Position numbers and translations under genes: made by a program
NCBI GenBank assembly: GCA_018901555.1
Contig: JAHIER010000057.1
Location: 1-27,944, forward strand
Origin: Patescibacteria group bacterium
Lineage (GTDB): Bacteria > Patescibacteriota > Minisyncoccia > UBA9983
Direction of reading: 5' to 3'
DNA length: 27,944 nucleotides
The notes under the pieces: model-generated
The model's database searches: none
The model's input: only the letters and a program-made list of their open reading frames with translations
What the model was told of the DNA's origin: nothing
Shown here: piece by piece, positions 8,231-16,318 of the stretch
How positions within the stretch are numbered: position 1 is the first letter of the stretch
Layout: the number at the start of each line of letters is the position of its first letter

Positions 8231-9295
8231 ATGAAAAATAAAAAAGTTTTGATAGCTATGAGTGGCGGAGTGGATAGTTCTGTTGCTGCTTATTTATTAA
8301 AAAAAGAAGGTTATAATTTAACCGGAGTATTTTTTGATTTGGGGCAGATTAATTGTCAAGCATCTTTAAAAAGCGCTGAAAAAACGGCTAAAAAAATTGG
8401 CATTCCTTTAAAAAAAATAAATCTGCGCAACCAGTTTAAAAAAATGGTTATAAATAAGTTTTTAAGTGAATTTAAAAAAGGCAATACGCCTAATCCTTGC
8501 GTGGTTTGCAATAAAAAAATTAAATTTGAAAATCTTTTGAGCTTGGCGAATAAAATGAAGATTAATTATATTGCGACCGGACACTACACAAAGCCCCACA
8601 AAGGTTTAACCTTTGTAAAATTACTACTGGCAAAAGATAAAACGAAAGATCAGAGTTATTTTTTATATAATCTTAATCAGAAAATTTTAAGCAGGACAAT
8701 TTTCCCATTAGGAAATTTAATCAAAGAACAGGTTAAAAAAATGGCTGATAATTGGAAACTGCCTTATTTAAAAAAAGAAAGTCAGGATATTTGTTTTTTA
8801 AAAGGAGATCATAATAATTATTTGAGAAAAAATCTAAAAAAAATAAAGTTGGGCAAAATTGTTGATAGTCATAGTAAAATTTATGGAACTCATTGCGGTT
8901 TGCCGTTTTATACTATTGGCCAGAGAATAGATTTGGGAGGATTACCAATTCCGTATTATATTGTAGCTAAAAATAGAAAAAGAAATTTATTAATAATTGC
9001 TAGTCTGGTTGAAGAAAAAAAATACTGGAAAAAAGAAGTAAAAATAAAAAATGTAAATTGGATATCTGGTAAAGCGCCGAACTTGGACATTAAATGTCCA
9101 AGTGGACATTTAATGTCCAAGTTGTTAAAAGCCCGTATCCGTTACCGCCAGCCACTTGAAAATTGTAAATTAAAAATTGAAAATTCTAAAAACTATTTTG
9201 TAACTTTTAATAAACCTCAAAGAGCTGTAACCTCGGGGCAATCACTAGTCATTTATAAGGGTCAAGAATTAATCGGTGGCGGAATAATTATATGA
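8231..9295 (+). CDS. mnmA: tRNA-specific 2-thiouridylase MnmA
   Basis: AMSGGVDSSV, TPNPCVVCNKKIKF, IATGHY, KDQSYFL, ESQDICF, YTIGQR, QRAVTSGQ. Confidence 0.97.
   Translation: MKNKKVLIAMSGGVDSSVAAYLLKKEGYNLTGVFFDLGQINCQASLKSAEKTAKKIGIPLKKINLRNQFKKMVINKFLSEFKKGNTPNPCVVCNKKIKFENLLSLANKMKINYIATGHYTKPHKGLTFVKLLLAKDKTKDQSYFLYNLNQKILSRTIFPLGNLIKEQVKKMADNWKLPYLKKESQDICFLKGDHNNYLRKNLKKIKLGKIVDSHSKIYGTHCGLPFYTIGQRIDLGGLPIPYYIVAKNRKRNLLIIASLVEEKKYWKKEVKIKNVNWISGKAPNLDIKCPSGHLMSKLLKARIRYRQPLENCKLKIENSKNYFVTFNKPQRAVTSGQSLVIYKGQELIGGGIII
8597..8616. repeat. In-frame palindrome CACAAAGGTTTAACCTTTGT in mnmA (HKGLTFV)
   Basis: Identical to leuS 2553-2572 and read in the same frame. Confidence 0.95.
9081..9122. 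repeat. 42-nt double palindrome in mnmA (GGACAT-N3-ATGTCC x2)
   Basis: ACTTGGACATTAAATGTCCA-AG-TGGACATTTAATGTCCAAGT: 20-nt perfect arms, each half itself palindromic. Confidence 0.95.
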
Positions 9296-10182
9296 AAAAA
9301 GTAAGGGCTTTGGTTTTATTTTCTGGCGGGTTGGATTCTATTTTAGCTGTTAAAGTTTTAGAGGAACAGGGGATTGATGTGACTGCGGTGAATTTTGCCA
9401 GCTATTTTTTTGATAGTGAACAGGCTAAAAAATCAGCCGAAGAAAATAATATAAAATTAAAAATCATAAAAAATAAATTTCCTCAATATCATTGGCAGAT
9501 TGTAAAAAACCCAAAATACGGTTATGGACGCGCTATGAATCCATGCGCTGACTGCCATTTATTAATGGTTAAAAAGGCAGGAGAAATTATGAAAAAAGGC
9601 AAATATGATTTTTTAGCTACCGGAGAAGTTTTGGGGCAAAGAGGATTTTCTCAAAACAAAAATGCCTTGAAAAATATCGAAGAACATTCTGGCATAAAAG
9701 GAAAACTGTCAAGGCCATTAAGCGCTGGATTATTAAAACCAACAGAAGTTGAAAATTCAGGTTTAGTTAATAGAGAAAAACTTTTTAATTTTAGCGGTAA
9801 GGGCAGGAAGAGGCAGATTGAATTGGCAAAAAAATTGAAAATAAAATATTATCCCTCACCAGCTGGAGGTTGTCTTTTAACTGACAAAGAATTTGGCCAT
9901 CGTTTAAAATTAATGATGGAAAATTTTGGAGCAGATGATATTGTTGTTTCAGATTTTGTTTTATTGAAATTCAGCCGTCATTTTTGGTTTGATAAAAATT
10001 TAATTATTGTTGGTAAAAATAAAGACGAAAATAACAGATTAAAAAAATTAAAACAAAAAAACGATATTTTATTAAGACCAGATTTTCCCGGTCCGAGCGT
10101 TTTAATAAGGGGAAGAAAAATTAATCAGGGAATAATTGAAGAAGCTCAAAAATTAATTAAAAAATATTCTAAAAAGATGTGA
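9292..10182 (+). CDS. ThiI/MnmA-like PP-loop (adenine nucleotide alpha hydrolase) putative tRNA thiolase, without THUMP domain
   Basis: LFSGGLDS, MNPCADCH, ATGEVLGQR, PAGGCLLTD, C-terminal IIVGKNKDEN (DUF814/NFACT-R-like); ATGA overlap with mnmA. Confidence 0.82.
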   Translation: MKKVRALVLFSGGLDSILAVKVLEEQGIDVTAVNFASYFFDSEQAKKSAEENNIKLKIIKNKFPQYHWQIVKNPKYGYGRAMNPCADCHLLMVKKAGEIMKKGKYDFLATGEVLGQRGFSQNKNALKNIEEHSGIKGKLSRPLSAGLLKPTEVENSGLVNREKLFNFSGKGRKRQIELAKKLKIKYYPSPAGGCLLTDKEFGHRLKLMMENFGADDIVVSDFVLLKFSRHFWFDKNLIIVGKNKDENNRLKKLKQKNDILLRPDFPGPSVLIRGRKINQGIIEEAQKLIKKYSKKM

Positions 10183-10201
10183 TTTATGTTATTGTAATTT
10201 T

Positions 10202-11983
10202 ATGATATCAAGGGAAATCAGAGATAAATTTTTAGAGTTTTTTACAGAAAAAGGGCATACTGTGATTTCTTCAGCTTCTTTGATTCCAAGCGAAACTGAT
10301 CCAACCGTGCTTTTTACAACGGCTGGCATGCATCCTCTAGTGCCATATCTTTTGGGAGAAAAACATCCGGGCGGAAACAAAATTGCTAATGTTCAAAAAT
10401 GTATCAGAACAGTTGATATTGATGAAGTAGGCGACATTAGTCATCTTACTTTTTTTGAAATGCTGGGAAATTGGTCATTTGGATCTTATTTTAAAAAAGA
10501 GGCTATTGAATGGAGTTGGAAATTTTTAACTGCTCCTAATTGGCTGGGACTTGATCCTGATAAAATTGCAGTTTCTGTTTTTCAAGGAGATGATAATGCT
10601 CCTTTTGATGAGGAATCTTACGAAATTTGGGAAAAAACCGGACTTTCTAAAAAAAGAATTGCTAAACTTCCTAAAGAAAATAATTGGTGGGATTCTCCTG
10701 GCGCAACAGGGCCTTGCGGGCCTGATACGGAAATGTTTTATTGGATGGGTAATTCAGAAAAAGCTCCGGAAACATTTGATCCTAATGATAATAACTGGCT
10801 GGAAATCTGGAATGATGTTTTTATGCAATATAATAAAATAGCAGAAGGACGCTACGAACCTTTAAAACAAAAAAATGTTGATACTGGAATGGGGTTGGAA
10901 AGAATCGCCATGGTCATGCAGGATGTTTCAACTGTTTATGAGACCGATTTATTTTTGCCGATCATGAGAAAAATTGATGAGCTTGGACATTTGATGTCCA
11001 ACGGGACATCGGATGTCCTTAGGTCAAAAAGAATTATTGCTGATCATATTAAGGCTGCGGTTTTTATAATTTCTGATGAAGTAGAGCCGTCAAATACCGG
11101 CCGTGGTTATGTGTTAAGAAGATTAATAAGAAGGGCAATAAGACATGGAAAATTATTAGGTATTGAAAAATTTTTTATAAATAAAATAGCCGAATCTGTA
11201 ATAGATATTTATAAAGAGCAATATCCTGAACTATTGAATAATGAATTAGAAATTATGAATGAATTAGAAAAAGAAGATGAAAAATTTAGAAAAACTTTAG
11301 ACCAAGGCATAAAAGAATTCAATAAATTAAAAGAAATTACTGGTAAAGATGCTTTTAACTTGTATCAAACTTATGGTTTTCCTTTTGAAATGACAAAAGA
11401 GATAGCAACAGAAAAAGGAATAGAAATAAATGAAACAGAATTTAAAGAAGAGTTTAATCTCCATCAGGAACTTTCTAAAACCGCATCTGTCGGCATGTTT
11501 AAGGGCGGATTGGCTGATTCTGGCGAGCAATCAAAAAAATATCATACAGCAACACATCTGCTTTTGTCAGCCCTGCGTCATATTTTAGGAAATCATGTTG
11601 AGCAAAAGGGAAGTAATATTGATTCCGAGCGCATGCGTTTTGATTTTTCTCATTCGCAAAAAATGACTGAAGAAGAAATTAAAAAAGTTGAAGATATAGT
11701 TAATGAAAAAATTAAAGAAAATTTGCCAGTATCCTGTGAAGAAATGAATTTAGAGGAAGCAAAACAAAAAGGCGCTTTAGGATCTTTTGAGCAAAAATAT
11801 CTTGCCTGCCGGCAGGCAGATGGTGATAAAGTAAAAGTGTACTCAATAGGGTCTTTTAGTAAGGAAATTTGCGGAGGACCTCATGTTGAAAATACTGGCG
11901 AGATTGGTGATTTTAAAATTATAAAAGAAGAAGCCAGTTCAGCTGGCGTGCGCAGGATTAAGGCAATTGTGGAAAACTCTTAA
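10202..11983 (+). CDS. alaS: Alanine--tRNA ligase (short, 593 aa; lacks C-Ala domain)
   Basis: TVLFTTAGMHPL, HLTFFEMLGNWSFGSYFK, DTGMGLER, GRGYVLRRLIRRA, editing HTATHLL and EICGGPHV; ends just after GVRRIKA. Confidence 0.98.
   Translation: MISREIRDKFLEFFTEKGHTVISSASLIPSETDPTVLFTTAGMHPLVPYLLGEKHPGGNKIANVQKCIRTVDIDEVGDISHLTFFEMLGNWSFGSYFKKEAIEWSWKFLTAPNWLGLDPDKIAVSVFQGDDNAPFDEESYEIWEKTGLSKKRIAKLPKENNWWDSPGATGPCGPDTEMFYWMGNSEKAPETFDPNDNNWLEIWNDVFMQYNKIAEGRYEPLKQKNVDTGMGLERIAMVMQDVSTVYETDLFLPIMRKIDELGHLMSNGTSDVLRSKRIIADHIKAAVFIISDEVEPSNTGRGYVLRRLIRRAIRHGKLLGIEKFFINKIAESVIDIYKEQYPELLNNELEIMNELEKEDEKFRKTLDQGIKEFNKLKEITGKDAFNLYQTYGFPFEMTKEIATEKGIEINETEFKEEFNLHQELSKTASVGMFKGGLADSGEQSKKYHTATHLLLSALRHILGNHVEQKGSNIDSERMRFDFSHSQKMTEEEIKKVEDIVNEKIKENLPVSCEEMNLEEAKQKGALGSFEQKYLACRQADGDKVKVYSIGSFSKEICGGPHVENTGEIGDFKIIKEEASSAGVRRIKAIVENS
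10983..11018. repeat. Double palindrome in alaS (GGACAT-N3-ATGTCC x2)
   Basis: TTGGACAT-TTG-ATGTCCAA (10983-11001) and GGACATC-G-GATGTCC (11004-11018). Confidence 0.92.
11803..11818. repeat. Perfect 16-bp palindrome TGCCTGCCGGCAGGCA in alaS
   Basis: GC-rich self-complementary 16-mer within an apparent 7-aa insertion (LACRQAD). Confidence 0.9.
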
Positions 11984-12003
11984 TATTTGCTATAATATAT
12001 TTA

Positions 12004-13179
12004 ATGGCTCTTTTAGGTGGAAGAAAAAAAGAAGAAATAATTGCTGTCATAGATTTAGGTAGCGCTTCGGTTGGCGGAATGTTGATTAAAAAAACTGCTA
12101 AATCAGGACAAGAAATAATTACCAGCACAAGGGTGCCCATAAATTTTTTAATGGATGTTGATTTCCAGGCATTTTGGCGTTGCGCTGTTAATTCTTTAAA
12201 TAAAGTAATGTCCCAGCTTCTTAAAGATTATCCCAAGGGACCTGATAAGGTACTTTGCGCTTTTTCTCATCTCTGGGTTATTTCTCAAACACGGGTTATA
12301 AAAGTAAAAAAGAATGAAAAATTTAAAATAGATAAAACCTTCCTTGATAAAATTATAGAAAATGAAATAAAAACTTTTAAAATACAGGGCCAAACTCAGA
12401 TAGCAAGTTTAAAAGAAAATGTTGAACTAGTGGAATATAAAATTATGCGCACTTCTCTAAATGGTTATAATGTGGAAAATCCATTTGATAAATGGACTAA
12501 AAGATTTAGCGCCTATGTGCATATGAGTTTGATTGACAATAGTATAAAAAAAACTTTACAAGAATCTTTTCTTAAAAATTTTGGCGATGTAACGATTGAG
12601 TTTAGAACAATGCCTTTTATTATTTTTAGTATCCTTAAAAATTTAGACAAGATTGACGAGGGTTTTTTATTTTTGGACATCGGCGGAGAAACCAGTGATA
12701 TTTCTTTGGTTCGCAGAAATGTATTAGAAGAAACTATTTCTTTCCCGCGCGGGAAAAACTTTTTAATAAGAAAAGTAGCCAGTGCTTTTAAAACTTTTGT
12801 TGATGACGCAATTTCCATATTAAATAGTTATCAAAACAATCAAATTTCTCCGGCAATTTTAGAAAAGTTAATTCCTATTATTGAATTTGCTAAAAAAGAA
12901 TGGAATGATTATTTAGAAAAAACCATGCAAGAACTTTCTCGGGAATTACCGTTGCCTAAAAAAATTCTAGTGGTTAGCAACACGAGTGTTTTTGAAGAAT
13001 TTGTTCAGGGCGTAAAAAATGAATCGCTTGCCAAATTTACTATTTTGTCTAAACCTTTTGAATTGGAAAGAATTTCTGCTGAAGCCTTGAAGGATCACTT
13101 TATTTTTAAAAGAAATATTAATGTAGATAATGATGTTTTTTTAATGCTAGAATCAATTTTTGCTGATAAATTTTTATAA
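12004..13179 (+). CDS. FtsA/PilM-like actin-fold protein
   Basis: Phosphate-1-like IAVIDLGSASVGG and phosphate-2-like LFLDIGGETSDISLV...FPRGKNFLIRKVA; divergent from canonical FtsA. Confidence 0.72.
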   Translation: MALLGGRKKEEIIAVIDLGSASVGGMLIKKTAKSGQEIITSTRVPINFLMDVDFQAFWRCAVNSLNKVMSQLLKDYPKGPDKVLCAFSHLWVISQTRVIKVKKNEKFKIDKTFLDKIIENEIKTFKIQGQTQIASLKENVELVEYKIMRTSLNGYNVENPFDKWTKRFSAYVHMSLIDNSIKKTLQESFLKNFGDVTIEFRTMPFIIFSILKNLDKIDEGFLFLDIGGETSDISLVRRNVLEETISFPRGKNFLIRKVASAFKTFVDDAISILNSYQNNQISPAILEKLIPIIEFAKKEWNDYLEKTMQELSRELPLPKKILVVSNTSVFEEFVQGVKNESLAKFTILSKPFELERISAEALKDHFIFKRNINVDNDVFLMLESIFADKFL

Positions 13180-13185
13180 TAAGTT

Positions 13186-14337
13186 ATGGATAGCAATTGG
13201 AAAAAAGAAATTCAAGACAGAACTGAAAAAGTTCCCGTTTCTGGGGGCCGGTCTAATAAAACCGGAAAAATTTCTTTTGATGATATTGTTTTTATGCCTG
13301 CTCAGTTGTCAAAAAAACCGGTTGATTATTTTAAAGATAAGATAAGCTCAAAAACGATTATCGGGGAAAATAGCAAAAAACCAATTGAGCTAGAAACTCC
13401 GATTTTAATCGCTGGCATGAGTTTTGGCGCTTTAAGCAAGGAAGCAAAAATTATTTTAGCTAAGGCTTCTACTTTAGCAGGCACGATGGCCAATACAGGC
13501 GAGGGGGGAATGTTAGAAGAAGAAAGAAAATTTGCAAAAAAACTTATCATTCAATATTCAACTGGACGTTTTGGAATTACTGAAGAAATATTAAAAAAAG
13601 CTGATGCAATTGAAATAAAAATAGGACAAGGAGCTAAGGGCGGTCAAGGAGGTCTTTTGCCGGCCAGCAAAGTGACAGAAGAAATTGCCAAAGTTAGAAA
13701 GATTGAATTTGGCAAAGATGTTCACTCGCCAGCTTATCATCCTGATATTAAAAATCCGGAAGACCTTAAAGAAAAAGTGCAATGGATAAGAAAAATTACT
13801 GGTGGTGTTCCAGTAATTATAAAATTTGCCGCTGGCAATATTAAAAAAGATATTGAAATCGCGGTTAAGGCTGATCCGGATATTATAGCTATTGACGGTA
13901 TTGAGGGCGGTACAGCTGCGGCGCCAAAAGTGATGTTGGACGATGTAGGGATCCCTTCTGTTATCGCTTTGATTGAAGCAAGAAAGGCGCTGGATAAAAT
14001 TGGCGCCAGGCAAGAATTATGGATAGCTGGAGGTTTTGGGAAAGGTTCTGATATCGCTAAAGCGCTTGCCTTGGGGGCTGATGCTGTTTTTTTAGGGACT
14101 TCTTTGTTAATAGCAATGGGATGTATTTATTGCCAGCTTTGTTATCAAGGGAAATGTCCTAAGGGTATTGCCACTCAGGATCCAGAATTAAGAAAAAATT
14201 TAGATATTGAAGAAGCATCTAAAAAGGTGGCTAATTTTATTAAAAATTGTACAGAAGAAATAAAAATGATTACCGGGGCTTGTGGCGAAGATGATGCGCA
14301 CAAACTTAATAAAGATCATCTTTATTTTTATAAATAA
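13186..14337 (+). CDS. FMN-binding glutamate synthase family protein (stand-alone FMN/3Fe-4S module)
   Basis: AGMSFGALS, NTGEGG, IEIKIGQGAKGGQGGLLP, DGIEGGTAAAP, GCIYCQLCYQGKCPKGIATQDP. Confidence 0.93.
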   Translation: MDSNWKKEIQDRTEKVPVSGGRSNKTGKISFDDIVFMPAQLSKKPVDYFKDKISSKTIIGENSKKPIELETPILIAGMSFGALSKEAKIILAKASTLAGTMANTGEGGMLEEERKFAKKLIIQYSTGRFGITEEILKKADAIEIKIGQGAKGGQGGLLPASKVTEEIAKVRKIEFGKDVHSPAYHPDIKNPEDLKEKVQWIRKITGGVPVIIKFAAGNIKKDIEIAVKADPDIIAIDGIEGGTAAAPKVMLDDVGIPSVIALIEARKALDKIGARQELWIAGGFGKGSDIAKALALGADAVFLGTSLLIAMGCIYCQLCYQGKCPKGIATQDPELRKNLDIEEASKKVANFIKNCTEEIKMITGACGEDDAHKLNKDHLYFYK

Positions 14338-14351
14338 AAAATTATAAATAT

Positions 14352-15596
14352 ATGTCAAAAATTATAATCAACGATATTATTAAAAAAAATAAGATTCCTC
14401 GAGAAACAATCAGGACTGCAAAAAGAATTCAAAAATCGGAGATTGAAACAAAAGAAGAGATAACGTCTCAAAAAAAACATGGTTTTTGGTTTAAGATATT
14501 CCTTTGGATTTTATGTATTGTAATTTTTCTTGTTATTTTGAATTTTGGAATTAATCTTTTTTCTTCAATATTGGTTAAAATTACACCAGTTCAAGAGTTT
14601 GTAAATGTTGATTTGAATTTAAGGGCAGAACGCGGCGCTGTTTCGGGAAAATTGCCGTTTGAAATAGTTCAGATGGAATATCATCAAAGTCAGGCAATAA
14701 CAGCTACTGGTGTCAATTCTGACGGCCAGAAAGCCAGTGGTCAGATCGTTGTTTATAATACTTATAGTTCAGTTGCTCAACTTCTTATTGCTAATACGCG
14801 CTTTGAAACGCTAGATGGTAAAATTTATCGCATTAAAGACAAAATTACTGTGCCAGGCGGAGGATCAGTGGAAACAACCGTTTATGCAGATCAGCCCGGC
14901 GAAGAATACAATATTGGATTGGCAGATTTCACTATTCCTGGATTCAAGGGTGATCCTCGCTATGAAAAAATTTACGCTCGTTCAAAAACAAAAATGATTG
15001 GTGGATCTAAGAATGCTTCAGCTTTTCTTGCAGAGGGCGATATTAAAAAGGCAAACGAAGAATTGGAGAATAAAATAAAAAATTATCTTTCAGAAAATAT
15101 TTCTAAACAAAAGCCTAGTGGCTATATTTTTTTTAGCAATGGATTAATTATTAGTTCTTCTGAAAATATTGATAATCCTCAAAAAGGTGATATTGGCAAA
15201 GAATTTGTTTTTAGTCAAAATGGAATAGGAGTAGGATTCTTAATAAAGAATGAAAATTTGTCAAAAGAAATTATTAAAAGATATTTTAATCAAGATATGA
15301 TTAATAAAATTAAAATTGTTGATTTGGAAAAACTCAAATTTAATTTGTTAAGCGATAATCAGGAGAATACGGAGATAAATTTTGGATTGAAAGGAAGTGC
15401 GCATTTTGTTTGGAAAGTTGACGAAGAAACATTACTAAACGATCTTTCAGGATTAAGTGGCAGTGATTACGGCTTAGTTTTTAAAAATTATTCAGCCATT
15501 GAATCAGCCGAGGTTATTTTTAAGCCCTCTTGGTGGCATATTATTCCCCAAAATAAAGCCCATATCCATTTTGAGGAAATTCTTAAAACTGAATAA
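14352..15596 (+). CDS. Single-pass membrane protein with baseplate J/gp47-like extracytoplasmic domain
   Basis: Basic N-terminus, TM (IFLWILCIVIFLVILNFGINLF), then KASGQIVVYN...NTRFETLDGKIYRI...VYADQPGEEYNI, reminiscent of the baseplate-J beta domain. The domain call is from pattern recognition only. Confidence 0.6.
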   Translation: MSKIIINDIIKKNKIPRETIRTAKRIQKSEIETKEEITSQKKHGFWFKIFLWILCIVIFLVILNFGINLFSSILVKITPVQEFVNVDLNLRAERGAVSGKLPFEIVQMEYHQSQAITATGVNSDGQKASGQIVVYNTYSSVAQLLIANTRFETLDGKIYRIKDKITVPGGGSVETTVYADQPGEEYNIGLADFTIPGFKGDPRYEKIYARSKTKMIGGSKNASAFLAEGDIKKANEELENKIKNYLSENISKQKPSGYIFFSNGLIISSSENIDNPQKGDIGKEFVFSQNGIGVGFLIKNENLSKEIIKRYFNQDMINKIKIVDLEKLKFNLLSDNQENTEINFGLKGSAHFVWKVDEETLLNDLSGLSGSDYGLVFKNYSAIESAEVIFKPSWWHIIPQNKAHIHFEEILKTE

Positions 15597-15605
15597 AAAA
15601 CAATA

Positions 15606-15639
15606 AAAGAATAATTTAAAGAGTAAAGAATAATTTAAA
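15606..15639 (+). repeat. Tandem 15-bp direct repeat AAAGAATAATTTAAA (period 19)
   Basis: Copies at 15606-15620 and 15625-15639. Confidence 0.7.
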
Positions 15640-15677
15640 AAGTGAGGTTTGTTAATTTAAGATTTTAGAAATCTTTC

Positions 15678-15699
15678 ACGATCGTAAAATTTATCTAAA
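15678..15699. repeat. 22-bp direct repeat copy 1 (ACGATCGTAAAATTTATCTAAA) with palindromic core
   Basis: Exact match to 16319-16340; ends 1 nt before the ATG at 15701. Confidence 0.95.
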
Positions 15700-15700
15700 A

Positions 15701-16261
15701 ATGAAGAAAGAGAAAAAAATAAAAATCGCAAAAATAATTTTGAAAACAGTGGCTGCAGCAGACATTATAAGTATGATTATTTTGGCGCCAAATGCTTTGC
15801 AATGTTTGGATATGTTTTATGACAGAAGAAAAAGAAAATACAATCCAAAGTACTACATTCAAAATACAATAGGAAGATTAAAAAATCAGGGTTTAATAAA
15901 ATTTGAAACAAAAAATGGTAAAAAATTTGTTCGACTTACTGAAAAGGGTGAAAAAGAATTATTAAAATATCAACTGCAAGAATTAGTTGTTAAAAAACCT
16001 AAAAAATGGGATGAAAAATGGCGTGTTATTATTTTTGACATAAAGGAAAAAAGAAGAAAAACAAGAGATGAATTACGCAGAGAATTAAATAATTTAGGAT
16101 TTATTAAACTTCAAAACAGTGTTTGGGTATACCCCTATGAATGTGAAGAAATTATTATAATGTTAAAGGCGTATTATTTAATAGGAAAAGATGTTTTATA
16201 TATGACAGTGGAAAAAATAGAAAATGACAGGTGGCTTAAAGAAGAATTTAAACTTAAATAA
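15701..16261 (+). CDS. PaaX-like protein: winged HTH plus Cas2-like ferredoxin-fold domain
   Basis: IQNTIGRLKNQGLIKFETKNGKKFVRLTEKG (wHTH); KWDEKWRVIIFDIKE...RDELRRELNNLGFIKLQNSVWVYP (PaaX central/Cas2-like). Confidence 0.85.
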   Translation: MKKEKKIKIAKIILKTVAAADIISMIILAPNALQCLDMFYDRRKRKYNPKYYIQNTIGRLKNQGLIKFETKNGKKFVRLTEKGEKELLKYQLQELVVKKPKKWDEKWRVIIFDIKEKRRKTRDELRRELNNLGFIKLQNSVWVYPYECEEIIIMLKAYYLIGKDVLYMTVEKIENDRWLKEEFKLK

Positions 16262-16318
16262 TTTATTCGTCAATTTAAATTATTTAATAATTAAGTATAA
16301 AAGAATTAGAGATTTTAT

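Noticed and set aside
9293-10182. UGA-to-Gly recoding (code 25) as explanation for the Gly-like tRNA
   Set aside because: TGA terminates mnmA (9293-9295) and the ThiI-like gene (10180-10182) at expected ends, conserved genes have no in-frame TGA, and the anticodon is ACC, not TCA.
12741-12756. Perfect 16-bp palindrome TTTCCCGCGCGGGAAA in the FtsA-like gene
   Set aside because: Encodes FPRGK at a conserved-looking actin-fold position with no sign of insertion and no second copy; kept out of the palindrome family pending a genome-wide search.
14352-15596. Prophage / contractile tail locus
   Set aside because: A single membrane-anchored baseplate-J-like gene among housekeeping genes; no other phage structural or integrase genes.
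15701-16261. CRISPR-Cas locus (Cas2)
   Set aside because: Cas2-like fold only, fused to a wHTH; no cas1 or other cas genes and no repeat-spacer array (only two 22-bp repeats).
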